Below, piece by piece: positions 38,522 through 51,114 of a stretch of 51,114 nt of DNA; within the stretch, counting starts at the first letter, position 1; every line of letters starts with the position of its first letter. Origin of the DNA: Pelomyxa schiedti (Eukaryota > Protista > Evosea); the NCBI GenBank assembly GCA_020536535.1, contig JAHLWZ010000574.1:1-51114 (forward strand), read 5' to 3'. Position numbers and translations under genes: made by a program. A model generated the notes under the pieces. The model searched no databases, was not told the origin of the DNA, and saw nothing but the letters and a program-made list of their open reading frames with translations.

Positions 38522-39977
38522 ATGGGAGGCTCTCTGACGGAATAAAAAAAACACCGAGACTGGGCGATGCCAACGAAAATGACAGCGTTCCGGTCTGTTG
38601 ATTATTTTATTCAGCCAGATAGCCTGTTGATCAAACGTGTCAAACCAACCGAATGGGGAGCCTCGTTGTTGGTGGTGGTGACGATGAGTCCAGGCAGCAA
38701 CGACCACCAACCCGAGACCACCACAGTTTTCGCAGCACCACCTTGTCGCTTTCGAACAATGAGGGTCAATCGGCCCGGGCACCAGTCCCCATTTTTGTGG
38801 GGAGTGTGACGCACACACGAAACGAGATGATGATGGACGCGCTTTTTGAGTTGCAAGTGGGAAACATTGACTGTGCCATTGCTATTGTTGCCAACGCATT
38901 CTCCTTGTTTGAATCTGAGATGATAAGTCTCAATCGTGGTGTGTGTGTGTGAATGTTTCAGCATTTAGTTTTGTGCAACCCAACACAAATCAGATGGTCA
39001 GTGTGAATACCTGCCTGGTCTGTTGTTCCTTGTTGGTCTCTGTTGTGTCATCAATGACCATGTTGCACTTCATGAGCACATTCCCACATTACTGTCTCCG
39101 GCATTCTCTCGTGTCATCTCCACTTCATTCGAACCCATGAGAGCACATTGCCTGCGTGTGTTGAATGAAACCAACAACGCAACATCAGACCTGCAAGAAG
39201 AGCAGACTTGCCACAACAACAATAAAACCGAAATTATTGCTGAATGGGCAGACCTTGTGTCAACAGCATCATTGAGAGGTAGAGTTGCTCAAGAACAACC
39301 ACAACGAGAATCTTCAGTAGAACAGTCGTGGTCCTTCATGTTCTTTGTGGCGCTGTGGAAGCTGTATTGCTGCCCTTCAAGTTCAGAACACCAAAGTTCA
39401 TGTTCAGCAGCACACATTCTTGTTGAAATGAGTTGGTGCAACAAATATTCCTGTCATCACTCGTTCCCTGCAGATTGTTCCGTGGTGTGCTTCCTCTGTC
39501 ACATTACTGGGTGTCGGCTATCATTTTGGCCTTGGTGGTGTTGACAAGGACATCAACAAGGCAGTAACACTGTACCAGAGGGCTGCTGATGCTGGTGACG
39601 CCACTGCAACGTGGCGCCTTGGTTGGTGTTTTTATTGCGGCCTTGGTGTTGACAAGGACATTCACAAGGCAGCTACACTGTGGCAGAGGGCTGCTGATGC
39701 TGGTGATGTGAAGGGAATGTCCAACCTCGCTGTGTGTTATTACTATGGCTATGGTGTTGAGAAGTACATTCACGAGGCCCTGAGGCTGTGGCAGAGGGCT
39801 GCTGATTCTGGCAGTACCCAGGCAATGTTCAACCTCGCATTGTATTACCAAAAAGGCGGTGATGGTCCTGCCAAGGACATCCGCGAGGCAATGAGAATGT
39901 GGCTGAGGGCTGCCAACCTCGGTCACACCGATGCCGGTGCCAAACTCAAAATTCTTCATTCAAAATGTGGTGAATAA
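38522..39977 (+). pseudogene. Sel1-like repeat gene, subtype A (copy A2), 4 SLR units, disrupted
   Basis: ATG GGA GGC TCT CTG ACG GAA TAA gives an early stop; +1 frameshift near 39433 (gaaatgagttggtgca versus gaaatgagcggtgca in A1). Confidence 0.75.
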
Positions 39978-40332
39978 AGTAATCAGAGGACTGTAGAACT
40001 GACTGTATTTTTCGTTCTCTCACTTCCACATTTCCAGATAGGCGGACTCTCTCCATAGGTCAATTGCCCTATAATAAAACCAAAACAGCGGTTTACAACG
40101 GTTGTTTGTTAAATTGCCGAACTGACTGCTGGTTCTCAGAAATGAAACAAGGGAGATTCGTTGGAGTGTTTCCCAGGCGAAGGTGGGGACTCTGTTGTTG
40201 CCGTCTTCGAGTTTGGAGGCTCCCAAACTTGGTTCCAATTGGTGGCCAACTTGGAGACTATTAGGCGAATTTGAGTTTTTCAAAAGATCAACGGCCTTCA
40301 TACCAAGTACCGGGAAAGCAACGACACCGCCC

Positions 40333-42099
40333 ATGAGTGACGAGTCTCAAAAACCTCTCTCTGAGGTATAGATCTCCTGACCTTCGCATCATTCATCTTT
40401 TTGTGTTTGTGTTTTTTCCTCTTTCATCAAAGAGCCTGACAACCAAATCAGCCAACACATGCAGTGACAGGAGTCTCCACTCCATTGACGAGTGCAACTC
40501 GCACAAGAAACGAGACAATGATGGAGGCACTTTTTGAGTTGCAAGTGGGAAACATCGACTCTGCCATTGCTCTCGTTGCAAATGCATTCTCCCTCTTTGA
40601 CTGCGACTTGAGCTGTTCCAATCATGGTGGTGGTGTGTAAATGTGGCTTTTCTTCAGTTCGTTTTCTTCCAACCAACCACAAATCAGAAGGCCACTGTGA
40701 ATACCTGCCTGGTCTGTTGTTCCTTGTTTGCCTCCGTTGTGTCATCAACGACCACTTCTCGCTTCATCGGCACATTCCATCCTGTCTCTCACTGGCATTC
40801 TCTCGTGCCATCTCCTCCACATCAGAGGAAATGAGAGCACATTGCATGCGTGTGTTGAGTGACACCAGCCGAACCTCGGAACAAGAATGGATTGACCTTG
40901 TGTCAACAGCATCATTGAGAGGACACGTTGATCAGCATCACCAACAACAAGAATCGGCAGATACATCAAGTTGGTCAGAAGAACAATCGTGGTGCTTCAA
41001 GTTCTTCGTTGCCCTGTGGAAGTTGTACTGCAGCCCATCAAGTTCCGACCACCACCAAATTTCATCAGCACAGATTTTTGAAATGAGTGGTGCAACAAAT
41101 CTTCCACCACCACCAGCACCACCATCATGCGCTGAAAATAACACCCTGAGGATGATCCCGTGGCGTGCTGCCTCTGTCACATTTCTGGGTTTCTGCTATT
41201 TCTTTGGTGTTGGTGGTGTTGAGCAGGATATTCACAAGGCAGTGACATTGTACCAGCTGGCTGCCGATGCTGGTCATGCCGACGCAATGTGTAAGCTTGG
41301 CGCGCGGTATTCAAGCGGAACTGGTGTTGACAAGGACGTTCACAAAGCAGTGTCACTGCACCAGAGGGCCGCTGATGCTGGTGATACTATGGCGACCTTC
41401 TTCCTTGGTGTGTGCTACATAAATGGTGACGGTGTAACCAAGGACGCTGGCAAGGCAGTGTCACTGTGGTTAAGGGCTTCTGTTGCCGGTAACGTCAAAG
41501 CAATGCAATACCTTGGTGTGTGTTATGCAAATGGTGATGGCGTTGACAAGGATATTCACAAGGCAGTGTCACTGTGGAATAGGGCTGCTGATGCTGGTGA
41601 TGCCAACGCAATGCTAAACCTGGGCACGTGCTATTGCCATGGCGATGGTGTTGAAAAGGACAGTAACATGAAAGCGGAACTGTGGAAGAGAGCTGCCGAT
41701 GCTGGTAATGTAGGCGCAATGTCCAACCTTGGTTGGTGCTACTTCACTGGCGACGGCGTTGACAAGGACATCCCCAAGGCATATACACTGTTCCAGAGGG
41801 CCGCTGATGCTGGCGATGCCGAGGCAATATTAGGCCTGGGTGCATGTTATTACAATGGAGATTGCGTGCAGAAGGACCGCCACAAGGCACTGAGGCTGTG
41901 GCAGAGGGCTGCTTATGACGGAAGCGCCGAGGCAATGTGCAACATTGCGCACTGTTACCAACGAGGCAAGGAGGGTTTTCCCAAGGACATACACGAGGCA
42001 ATGAGATTGTGGCTGTGGGCTGCTGACCTCGGCCACCCTACTGCCATTTCCCAACTCAGAATTCTCCAGCTGAGAAGCAAGAGGGGTAACCACTACTAG
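40333..42099 (+). CDS. Sel1-like repeat protein, subtype B (copy B2), complete, 3 exons, 8 SLR units
   Basis: MSDESQKPLSE (40333-40365), intron to 40451, PTHAVTG...CSNH, intron to 40687, EGHCEYLPG... and 8 repeats, TAG. Confidence 0.92.
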
Positions 42100-42192
42100 G
42101 CCAATCACACAAACCAAAGATAGAAAAAGGGCTGTCATCACAAAAGGCTTTTTTTGTGTTTTTTTTTTAGAGGTTTTGTTGGGTGTGCTGTG

Positions 42193-44408
42193 TCACTGGT
42201 CAAGACAAGCAGGAGCACCACTGGGCAGTGTTGTTTTGTGCTTGTTGTATCTCCATACAATGAGGCAAAATACGGCCATAACTACAATTGTGATTCCAGC
42301 CAGAACAAATGACATGGTGGACTGTGTGAGTGGAAGTAGGGCCAATAGGGCTGTGATGAGGTTGCCCAGGGCTATGGTGGCCAGCCATATGGCTGTTATG
42401 AATCCCCGCATCGTTTTGGGTGATTCGGTGTAAGCGAATTCATAAGCGGTGACACTGAGAAGAATTTCGGCCATGGAGATTAGTATGTACTGCGGCAGTA
42501 TCAGAAGCACAGATATGGGCTCCTCCGGGTTGTTCTCCATGGCTATTTGAACAAGTCCGGCAACGCAGCTGGCAATGCAGGTTACTACAAAGCCGCTGAT
42601 CATCTTGCGGAGGGGAGTAACCGCAATGCGGATGTAGGTGAGTGCTGGATACAATAGTTGATCAAACAGCGGAATGAGAACTATGTCCGCTAGATTGTTT
42701 AGACAACCAACTTCGGCATAGGGAAGTGTCCAGTTCCCAAAGGTGCAATCCATATCTGTGATATCGTTAAAATATTGCGAGAGTATCGGTGGGGTACCTG
42801 CAGCTTGAAATACCCAGAGTGAACTGATCTGGAAGAATACTCCCCAGAAAAAAGGCATCACAAGAAATACCGACAGCACGTTCAGTGCGGATTTAACATC
42901 TTCAACTTTACTGCCGTCATATTCTTGTTTTGCTGCGTCCAAACAGCTTCTATTCCTTCCCTTTAGGCAGCATAATCTCCAACTGCACTTTGCTTTTTTG
43001 AAGGCGGCAACAAACACCTTCCATACAACCACATAAGTGCCACGAGTAGGAGGCTCCTTCTTCAGATTTCTAGAAGGCAGGAAGAAGATAGGTACAGCGA
43101 TCATAAAAACCACTAAAGCTGTCATGAAGGCACACCATGGTTGCAGGGCATCAAGCAAAAGCGGAAGTAAAATGGCAGCCGGCAATCCTCCGACTTGTAC
43201 TGCAAGATAATACCAGCTGTACGCAGAAGATCGTTGCTTTGTTTGAGTTGGATGAAACTGGTCACCGACAAGGGCACTCAAAGATGGTCCCATCACTCCC
43301 GCAAGGGACAGGCACAAAAACCCTATGGTGATTATTACGGTCTACAATGAATGAACATTGCCTACCAGCTATGGAAACGATGAGCATTGCTGTGCCTTCT
43401 GCGCCAAATAAACCTTAAAGGAGAATTAGTAACCTGGAATGGGCAGAAGGAAAGTGAGAGGCGAAAATGAAAAACTCACACAACTGGCTGCAAATAACGC
43501 GAGAGTAGATAGTAGCATAATCATGCACCCCACAGAGATAACACTAAAGTGACCCGCAAAAGTATCCGCAGAAGCACCGCCAATTAGACCTGATCCATAT
43601 GTAAGAGCCAGAGCAGTATTAGTAAATGCACTGGCCTGGAAAATAACGATATTAATGCTAATGCCCAAGCAGCAGAAAAGATAAAAAAAAAGGTAAAAAG
43701 GTAAAAAACGCACACCTGAGACTCTGAAAGTCCAAGCCAATCCTTAAAGTACACAGCTGTTATGGAGGACACGCCGCTCTGGCAGAAATTCCTACCTACA
43801 GCGAGGGCGAGTATTGTCCACAGCCACCTGTGGTGCCGCCACGCCCCGAACGGCGGCGCCGTCGCCTCCGCAGCCTCCCCGTCGTACCTGCCGATGCAGC
43901 TGCTGCTCCCAGTGCGCCCCCGCCCGCCCCCAGCCGCCCCGCTCCCCGTCCCGACGACTACGACAGCCGCCGACGGCGACATCCTGATTCCCCTGCTCCC
44001 TCTCCCGCCCCCGCCCCCGCAGTCCTTTTTCTTCCCGCTTTTTCTTCTGCCACCACCACCGGCACCGCCACCACCTCCTCCACCTCCTCCTGCGTCGTCC
44101 TCATCGTCATCGTCGTTGTCAAGTTGTTCGTCGTAGTCGTCGTCGTCATCATCGTTTTGGTTTTCGTTTTCGTTGTCGGCGGCGTCGTCGTCGGCGGCGG
44201 CGCTTGCGACGAGGGCGGCTACTTCGTCGTCGTGTTCGGGGCGCGCTACGACGTAGTCGCCGGGGGGCGGGCCGGCGTCGGGCGGCTGTTGTTGGTTGGG
44301 CGGCGTCCTGATTCTTCGGTTATTCTTAACCGACAACGCCGCCGTTGTCGTGCCCCACGAACCGCCACCGATCTCGTACGTCGCGCCGTCCTTGTTGTTG
44401 AGATCCAT
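42193..44408 (-). CDS. POT/PTR2-family (SLC15-like) transporter; multi-exon, acidic and Gly-rich N-terminus
   Basis: GGASADTFAGHF, LVGDQF, YSWYYLAVQVG, PFFWGVFFQ.SSLWVFQA, TPLRKMISG, PQYILISMAEILLSVTAYEFAYTESPKTMRG. Confidence 0.9.
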
Positions 44409-44528
44409 CTTGGTTTTTTTCCAGGAATCAAATTTTGATTCCGTCCGATGCTGAGCGCCTTCTAACTTTAAAGAAAAGGTACCTCAACATTATGGCAACC
44501 AACTCCAAGTTGTTGGAACCAAATCTTT

Positions 44529-46075
44529 TCAGGTGGAGTTGCTTTTTGACAAGAGGTTTCTGAGTCTGGCAGCTGCTTTTGAATGACCCATGTCAGCGGC
44601 CCTCCGCCACAGTCTATGTGCCTGGTGTATGTCCTTGGCAAGACCACCCACACCTCGGCTGTGACGGCATGCGAGGATGTACATTGCATTAGCACTTCCG
44701 ACATCAGCGGCCCTATGCAGCAGTGTCACTGCCTTGCTTGCGTCCCTGTGAACGCCAGCACCATTTTGATAACACACAGCAAGGTAGCACAGTGCGTCAG
44801 CTTCACCATCATCAGCAACCCCCTGCCACAGTGTCACTGCCTTGTGGATGTCCTTCTCCACACCATTACCATTGTAATAACATACACCGAGACCAGTCAT
44901 TGCAGTAGCATTACCAGCATCAGCAGCCGTCTGATAAAGTGTCACTGCCTTGACCTGCTCAACACCATTACCACTGTAAAAACAGGTAGCAAGGTTGCAA
45001 ATTGCCGAAGTATAACCAACATCAGCAGCCCTCTGGTACAGTGATACTGCCTTGCTGGTATCCTGGTCAACACCATCACCACGCTCATAGCACAGACCAA
45101 GGTTGAACATTGCTGTGGTATGACCAGCATCAGCAGCCCTCTGCCACAATGACACTGCCTTGTGAATGTCCTTCTCAACACCATCACCGACGACATAACA
45201 CAAGCCAAGGTGGCACATGGCAGTTACCTCACAGGCATCGACTGCCCTCCGTAGCAGTGTAGCTGCCTTGTGCACATCCTTTTTAACACCCCCAACACCG
45301 TACTTGTAGCATATACCCAGATACGTGACAGCAGAGATACACCAGTTAATCTGACTGGCAGAACAAGTGGCCACGATGGAGGGATTGCTGTGTTCATCAC
45401 TTGATGATCCTGGGGCTGGAATCTTTGCGCTCATTTCAACAAATATGTGTGCTGCAGATGCTGAACATTGGCCATTTTGCAAGTTGGCTGAACGGCAGCA
45501 ATACAAATTCCACATAGCAACAAAGTACATGCAGGACCACGACCGTTCCGCTGTTGTGGATGATGATGGTGGTTGATGATCAACGTTTCCTCTCAATGAT
45601 ACTGCTGACACCAGGTCAGTCCATTCTTGTTCTGAGGTTCGGCTGGTGTCACTCAACACACGCATGCAAGTTGCTCTCATTTCTTCTGGTGTGGAGGAGA
45701 TGGCACGAGAGAAGACCAGAGACAGGCACGGCGGAATGCGCTGATGAAGTGACACGTGGTCGTTGATGACACAACGGAGGCAATAAAGGAACAACAGACC
45801 AGGCAGGTATTCGCACTTGGGGCACGATTCCCCTTGATTTGTGTTGTGGATGAAAACAAAGTGAGGAAAGACACATTCATCACACACACTCACACACTCA
45901 CACACAAGACGCGACGATGATTGATACTGGTCATCTCAGATTCAAACAGGGAGGATGCGTTGGCAACCAGAGCGATCGCGGAGTCAACGTTCCCCAGTTG
46001 CAACTCAAAAAGTGCGTCCATCATCATCTCGTTTCTTGTGTCGATCGGACTGAGTACGAATGCCATTGTGATCAT
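44529..46075 (-). CDS. Sel1-like repeat protein, subtype C (inverted copy), 7 SLR units
   Basis: Exon 1 ...DTRNEMMMDALFELQLGNVDSAIALVANASSLFESE, a GT-rich intron, then exon 2 CEYLPGLLFLYCLRC...SWSCMYFVA...NGQCS (shared with 1157-3660) and 7 repeats. Start codon uncertain. Confidence 0.88.
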
Positions 46076-46193
46076 CGGTTTGATCTTGTATCGAAAGGAA
46101 ATTATTGCAGTTTCTTTCAACGCTAAAACAAACGAACCCAAAGTCGTCCAATTTCAGGCCAGTGGGCACAAGCACGTTTGGGTTTTATTCTGA

Positions 46194-47057
46194 TCACGAA
46201 AGGGCAGAGAAATTGCAGCGGTTCTGCGTCTGCAATTTGAAAATGGTGATTCCAGTGGTGGCATCAACAATGTGGTGCATGTGAAGTGGCGGCTCAGTAC
46301 TGACATCATCTTGGTGCTTGAGTACAATGATCTCCCTTGATGTGTACTCATCCCCAAAGCTTGTCATCATCTCAAACGATGTAATGCGGGTGTTTGGGTC
46401 TGAAATTCTGTGCACGTGGACCATGTGGCGAGGTTCATTGGGGTTGATGGTGATGAAGAATGGGCCTCCAATGTGCTCAACAGTGAAATCCAGCGGGAAT
46501 TCGGCCAGCCTGCATCCTCTGGTGAGACCGCAAAGTGCCAATTGGATGCCTTCTTTGTGGAGTGCATACAATTCTCCTCTGAAGTGCCACATTTTGCAGA
46601 AGGGAAGCGCTGGCCCGACGCTGCCATGAACCCCCTGCAACTTCCCAGATTTAAAAGAGCTCTCCACATCCATCACAAAGAAGGCCGAGGATCCATAGCG
46701 TGCACTGTGTATGGCAACCAGTGTGTCATCAGAAACGAACGTGAGGCTGTTGGGCTTCCAGGTCACAGGTATGTCGGTGCGGTTCTCCTGCAGGGACTTC
46801 TCAGACCTGAACTGGTCGGTATTCTCCACGTTCCACAAGTGCCACCTGTTGGCGCCTCTCATCTCCAGCGACGCAATAACAACCCACTTACCACTGCTCG
46901 CGTACAAATCGCCGATACTCAGCGATTCACTGATACTCATCACCTTCGTTCCTCCCGTATCTCCACCACTATAACCATTCCGGTCTTCACCTTCACCATC
47001 GCCCTCTCCTCCTTCCCTATTCCGGTCATCATCATTGTCATTATCATCCCCCCATGT

Positions 47058-47088
<31 letters not shown>

Positions 47089-47624
47089 TCCGCATGGGGG
47101 ATGCAGGCCTTGTTCCCGCCCCACCAGCCATCCTGCATAGCCACACATAGCCTTACGCCCCCAGTCCTCCGGCCATCCGGGCCAACATCCAGGGCAGTTA
47201 TCAGTGCCGCCTTTGGCAACGCCGTGAGAGACGACGACGCGCCATGGTCGCCGCCCCCGATCCACCCGATGATCCTCCCCGGGATGTCGACGTACCTCGG
47301 GCGGTCGACGACGCCCAGGGTGGGCGACACCGAGAACGCCAGGTGGAGGCTGCTGAGCACCGCGGGCAGCGTGAGGCGCAGCACGAGGCGCCGGGAGGGG
47401 CACACGACCCAAGACCGCCCCAGCTCGGCCACCGCCTGCGGCGTGAGCACCCCCACGTGGCAGCAGCAGCACGGCAACTCCGAAGTCGGCAGCGGCGAGG
47501 GCGTGGCGCGCACGCCGACGACGGCGCCCACGGCGAAGGCGACGAATTGGTCGCGGGCGTCGATGAGGTCGCGGACGCAGACGAACCCGAAGTAGTCGAG
47601 TTTGCGGCCAAGCGGTACCATCAT
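46194..47624 (-). CDS. Hypothetical protein, intronless, possibly beta-rich C-terminal half
   Basis: Open frame of about 476 aa (ARDQFVAFAVG...ELGRSWVV...FSVSPTLGVV); no family recognised with certainty. Confidence 0.65.
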
Positions 47625-47712
47625 CTTTTCTGTGGCGTTGATCCGTCTGATCAACAATCGGAAAAAAAGCCATTTCGGCGAACGGGGATTGTTTTGTCTT
47701 GTTCATCACCAC

Positions 47713-50700
47713 ATGGACGATGCATCACACGCAGCATCGCCAGCGAGCACGCACATCGCCAGCGGCAAGGACGACAGCGGCGGCGGGTGCGCGCCACCAC
47801 CATCGGCGCCGACCACCACAATCGACTGCTTCGTGGTGGGCCCCACGCCGCAGGACCCCTGGGTGCCGCCCCCTGGGGACTCCCTCGTGTCGTTGCTCCT
47901 GACCGCCCTCGTCACCCACCGCCTGGCCGCCGTGCCCCCCGCCCGCGGCCCGCGGGGCTCCCCCGCCGCCCGCGTCGCCGTCACGGTCTCCCGCGCCACC
48001 GGCCGCGTGCTCCGCCCGCAGGACCGGGACCGCGACCCCGGCGACCCGGTCGTCGAGGTCGTGGTGCACGGCGGCAGCCCGACGCCGCCAGAGGTCGGCG
48101 CCCCTGGGCCCGCCGTGATCGTGGTGCTGTGGGGCGCCGCCGAAGCGACGCCAGAGCAGGTGGACCGGCTGCGGGCGTGCATCGAGGGCGGGGGCTGGGG
48201 GCGGCGACCGGCCGCCGTGGGCGCAGGCCTGGGGGCGGGTACTGGCCCGTCGTTGTGGCCGGCATGGCTGAGGGCGCGAGTATTTTTGCGCCGAGGACCG
48301 GCGAGACGATGTTTACTCTGCTGGCCATGGCTTTCTATGTGTGTGCTTGTGGTGGGGGAAATTTTTTTTTTTTCTTTTTCTACATATATGGGTGTTTATT
48401 AGGTGTAACAAGGACCTAAAGAATGATGCCTGTATCCCATCATCCTTTAGGGACTTTTTTGTTTTCTTATTTTTAATGCACATATTTAAACATTAAACTA
48501 TACTACTACATAGTTGAGTGCGTATAAGCTATTGAAGAGCAGCAAGTTTTCAGAAAAATCTTTGAGAAGCCTCATCTCCACAGTGGTAGAGACAGCCTGT
48601 GCAACAGATAATCAAGGTTTTAGACTTGAATTATTTCAACAAGGTCACTCTAAAACATTTCTGCAGGACCGGGATCTCATAATCTTTCCCGTGTGGATGC
48701 CTTTCTGCAGGAAAGAAGGTTTCCATGTGATGGGTCCATTGACATTGCAGGGATGGAGCCCATCATGGTTCAATCCTTATTGCCTCTCCTGCCAAAGGAG
48801 CGCGTTGAAGAGTATGCCCTAATGACTTGGATCAAAGTGGGGAATTGGCCTGCTGCGAAAGAGCTCATCGTTTCAAACTCCTTCCTGGATTCATCAGTAA
48901 GTCTTTCATCAATGTCCTTGGATTGTATCCCCGACCAGCTGGAAGGCCTGTCATGTGAGGAGCTGGATTTGTCTTTCAATAACATCCGTGAAATACCAGA
49001 GTGGTTTTACCATGTCAGAGCCAGACAGGTAAACCTTCTAGGCAACCCTGTGTCTCCATCGAACTTAGTAGTAGACACATGGCATAGCCCGAAATTCTCC
49101 CGACTCATTGGTGAGAAACCAGAATTGACGGCCGGCCCCTCCAGAATTGTCCTGCTTGGGGGACCTCGCCCTGGAAAAGCAGCATTCCTGAAATGCCTGA
49201 TGGAGAACAAAACCAAAACAACAGTGAAAACCGGATTTATGGGACCCAGTAAAGTAATCAAAGTGCACAAACCCTTCAAACTGAGGGGCACAGACGCCCG
49301 TTACACTGCATGGGAGTTGGGTTTGTTTCCACACTTACTTTCCTCCGCCTCATCCTCGCTCTATCCAGGTGGCGAGAATGATGAGTTCTGGAACCCATTT
49401 TATCCCTGTTTCTTTTTTGCTGACTCTATCTTCATCCTTATTTTTGATGGCAGTGCAGTGAATCCTTCTGGCCTTCCAAAGTTGCACTTCTGGCTCAGCC
49501 AAATTAGCGCGTGCTACAATGACTCCTGCAGGTGTTTGATTCCTGCAGGCAAACCCAAGGTGATCCCTGTTGGAATTTATACAGACACTGAAAGAGATTT
49601 GCCGTTCTTCAAGGAGTTGTTCCCATCCATCATCAAGGACTGGGGCCATAGGATTCACTTTTGCCGTTGCTTCGGAGTCAATTTGGCAAGTGGTGAGGGC
49701 TTTGCCACCAATTCTACCAACGATCCCACTGTAAATGTCGAACCTCGTGTTATGGCTCTTATTGGCCAAGCCATCACCAACACCGAGTTCGATGAGGAAA
49801 AATGGGCTGTACCACCAAGCTGGTTCCAACTGCACGAAGTTATGGTAACACACAAGGAGGAAGTCATTACCTGGTCTCAGTTCATCAAATTTGCACATGA
49901 GAACGGAGTTGGCAGACCAGAGGTACAGAATTCCAGCACAAATATACCCCTTGACAAGGAGTTCCTGGCAATCAGGGGCTGCGTTGACTACCTGTCAGAC
50001 ATGGGTGACATTTTCCACTTCTGGCACAGTGCATTCTCTTTCATCAGGGACGGGTCCCACACTCGGGACCAAATTATTGTTCTGAAACCCTCCTGGTTCA
50101 ACGAGACCATGACATCAATCATAAATCAGCTTAACCCTAAGTTTACAGATGGGATTTGTCTGCTTTCACAATTGAGTCCAAGTGCAGCCAAGCATAACCC
50201 TAGTCCAAGTGAAGTGGTCATAAATCAAAAAGCTATTGTGCAGGTACTCAATCCAATGGCCAAACTAGGAATGATGATGACTATCAGCAGCAAGCCATTT
50301 CTATCGTTCTCCCTCCTGCCCAATACCTCTCAAAATGGTCGGAAGACCTTCTGGAGCACAACTGCTATCAAAAACGGGAAGATGGTTGCATGTGGGCGAC
50401 ACCTCGACTTTGGATTCTTGCCTGTCGAATTGTTCTCAAGAGTGATGTCCTCAATGTGCAACATTCCCGGCGTTGAGGAACCGATTTTGTTCTGGCAAAC
50501 TGGCCTCCTGATTTACCGGTTCCTGAAACCTGACAACAAGGATCACATGTATTATTTGCTGATGACCCTCACTGAGGACTCTGTGACAGGGACAACCCAA
50601 GTGGACATTCTGGTGAAATCGGTGTGCAGTGCCAACAAAGAAATCACATGGAAGGACAGTTTGATGATCCCAGCAATCAATTTTCTCCACCAAATCGCAG

Positions 50701-51114
50701 AGTCAAATGTCCAGAATCCCGTGGTTGTGCAGTCATTCCCTTGTCCACAATGCGTGTTGACTTCATCCAGCCACCCTTCTTTCTTCTCTCAGGAGGAGAT
50801 CATTAAGGCAGCACTTGACAAAACAAAACAGTTGGTGTGCAAGACACACGCCACTCAGCAACTGTCATCTGTTGCACCCGACCTCTTCAACCTTGGATTT
50901 CCTGTGATCCTCGCCGACACAATAATGGAGGCAAACTCCACTGCACCCACAGTCACCCGTACCGATTGTGGTGAACGCCCTGTCACACTTCAGGCAACCG
51001 CGTGGTTTCCCACGTCTGACAAGGCTCCAAAAGCCCTCCTCAGTGGGAAGAGGATACTGAAAGAGGTCACCGCACTGAGTGCGATTCCGGAACATCCCAA
51101 TGTTGTTAAGTTCT
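47713..51114 (+). CDS. Second Roco-like gene (paralog of 13177-17874), running off the window end; apparent frameshift in exon 1
   Basis: The long frame from about 48667 to the end is absent from the ORF track because it has no stop in the window: LSSMSLDCIPDQLEGL, LDLSFNNIREIP, RIVLLGGPRPGKAAFLKCL, AWELG|GENDEF, YLSDMGDIFHF, IIVLKPSWF, FPCPQC, LKEVTALSAIPEHPNVVKF. Upstream exons match the paralog (TIDCFVVG/VVDCYVIG, FTLLAMAFY/FSLLAVAFT, LSAYKLL/ICAHKII) with the same intron positions and phases. Confidence 0.82.

Noticed and set aside
47035-48419. Multiple long overlapping sense and antisense ORFs (also 17124-17861, 25207-25935, 43762-44438)
   Set aside because: Stop-codon scarcity in GC-rich coding DNA produces shadow ORFs with low-complexity products.

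Overview
Gene-dense eukaryotic (protist) genomic DNA with many short GT-AG introns (about 30-50 nt), standard genetic code, and three 100-N scaffold gaps. Gene content and intron style suggest an amoebozoan, possibly an archamoeba such as Pelomyxa; this is inference, not a database result. The window is dominated by a Sel1-like-repeat (SLR) gene family: at least 7 copies or partial copies plus a relic. They share an N-terminal domain I do not recognise and carry 4 to 18 near-identical 108-nt repeats with hypervariable helix-A positions; four copies form an alternating A-B-A-B tandem array. Also present: two Roco-like genes (LRR-ROC-COR-kinase) with degenerate GTPase and kinase motifs, a TRIM-like RING/B-box/FN3 gene, an intron-dense orphan gene that the ORF track mostly misses, a STE20 kinase, an oxalate-CoA-ligase-like enzyme, a GC-rich bacterial-like ATP-grasp gene, ribosomal protein eS30, a prokaryote-like P-type ATPase with more than 20 introns, an SLC43-like MFS transporter, and a POT/PTR transporter lacking the ExxER motif. 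Gene models were spliced by eye, so exon boundaries are approximate.
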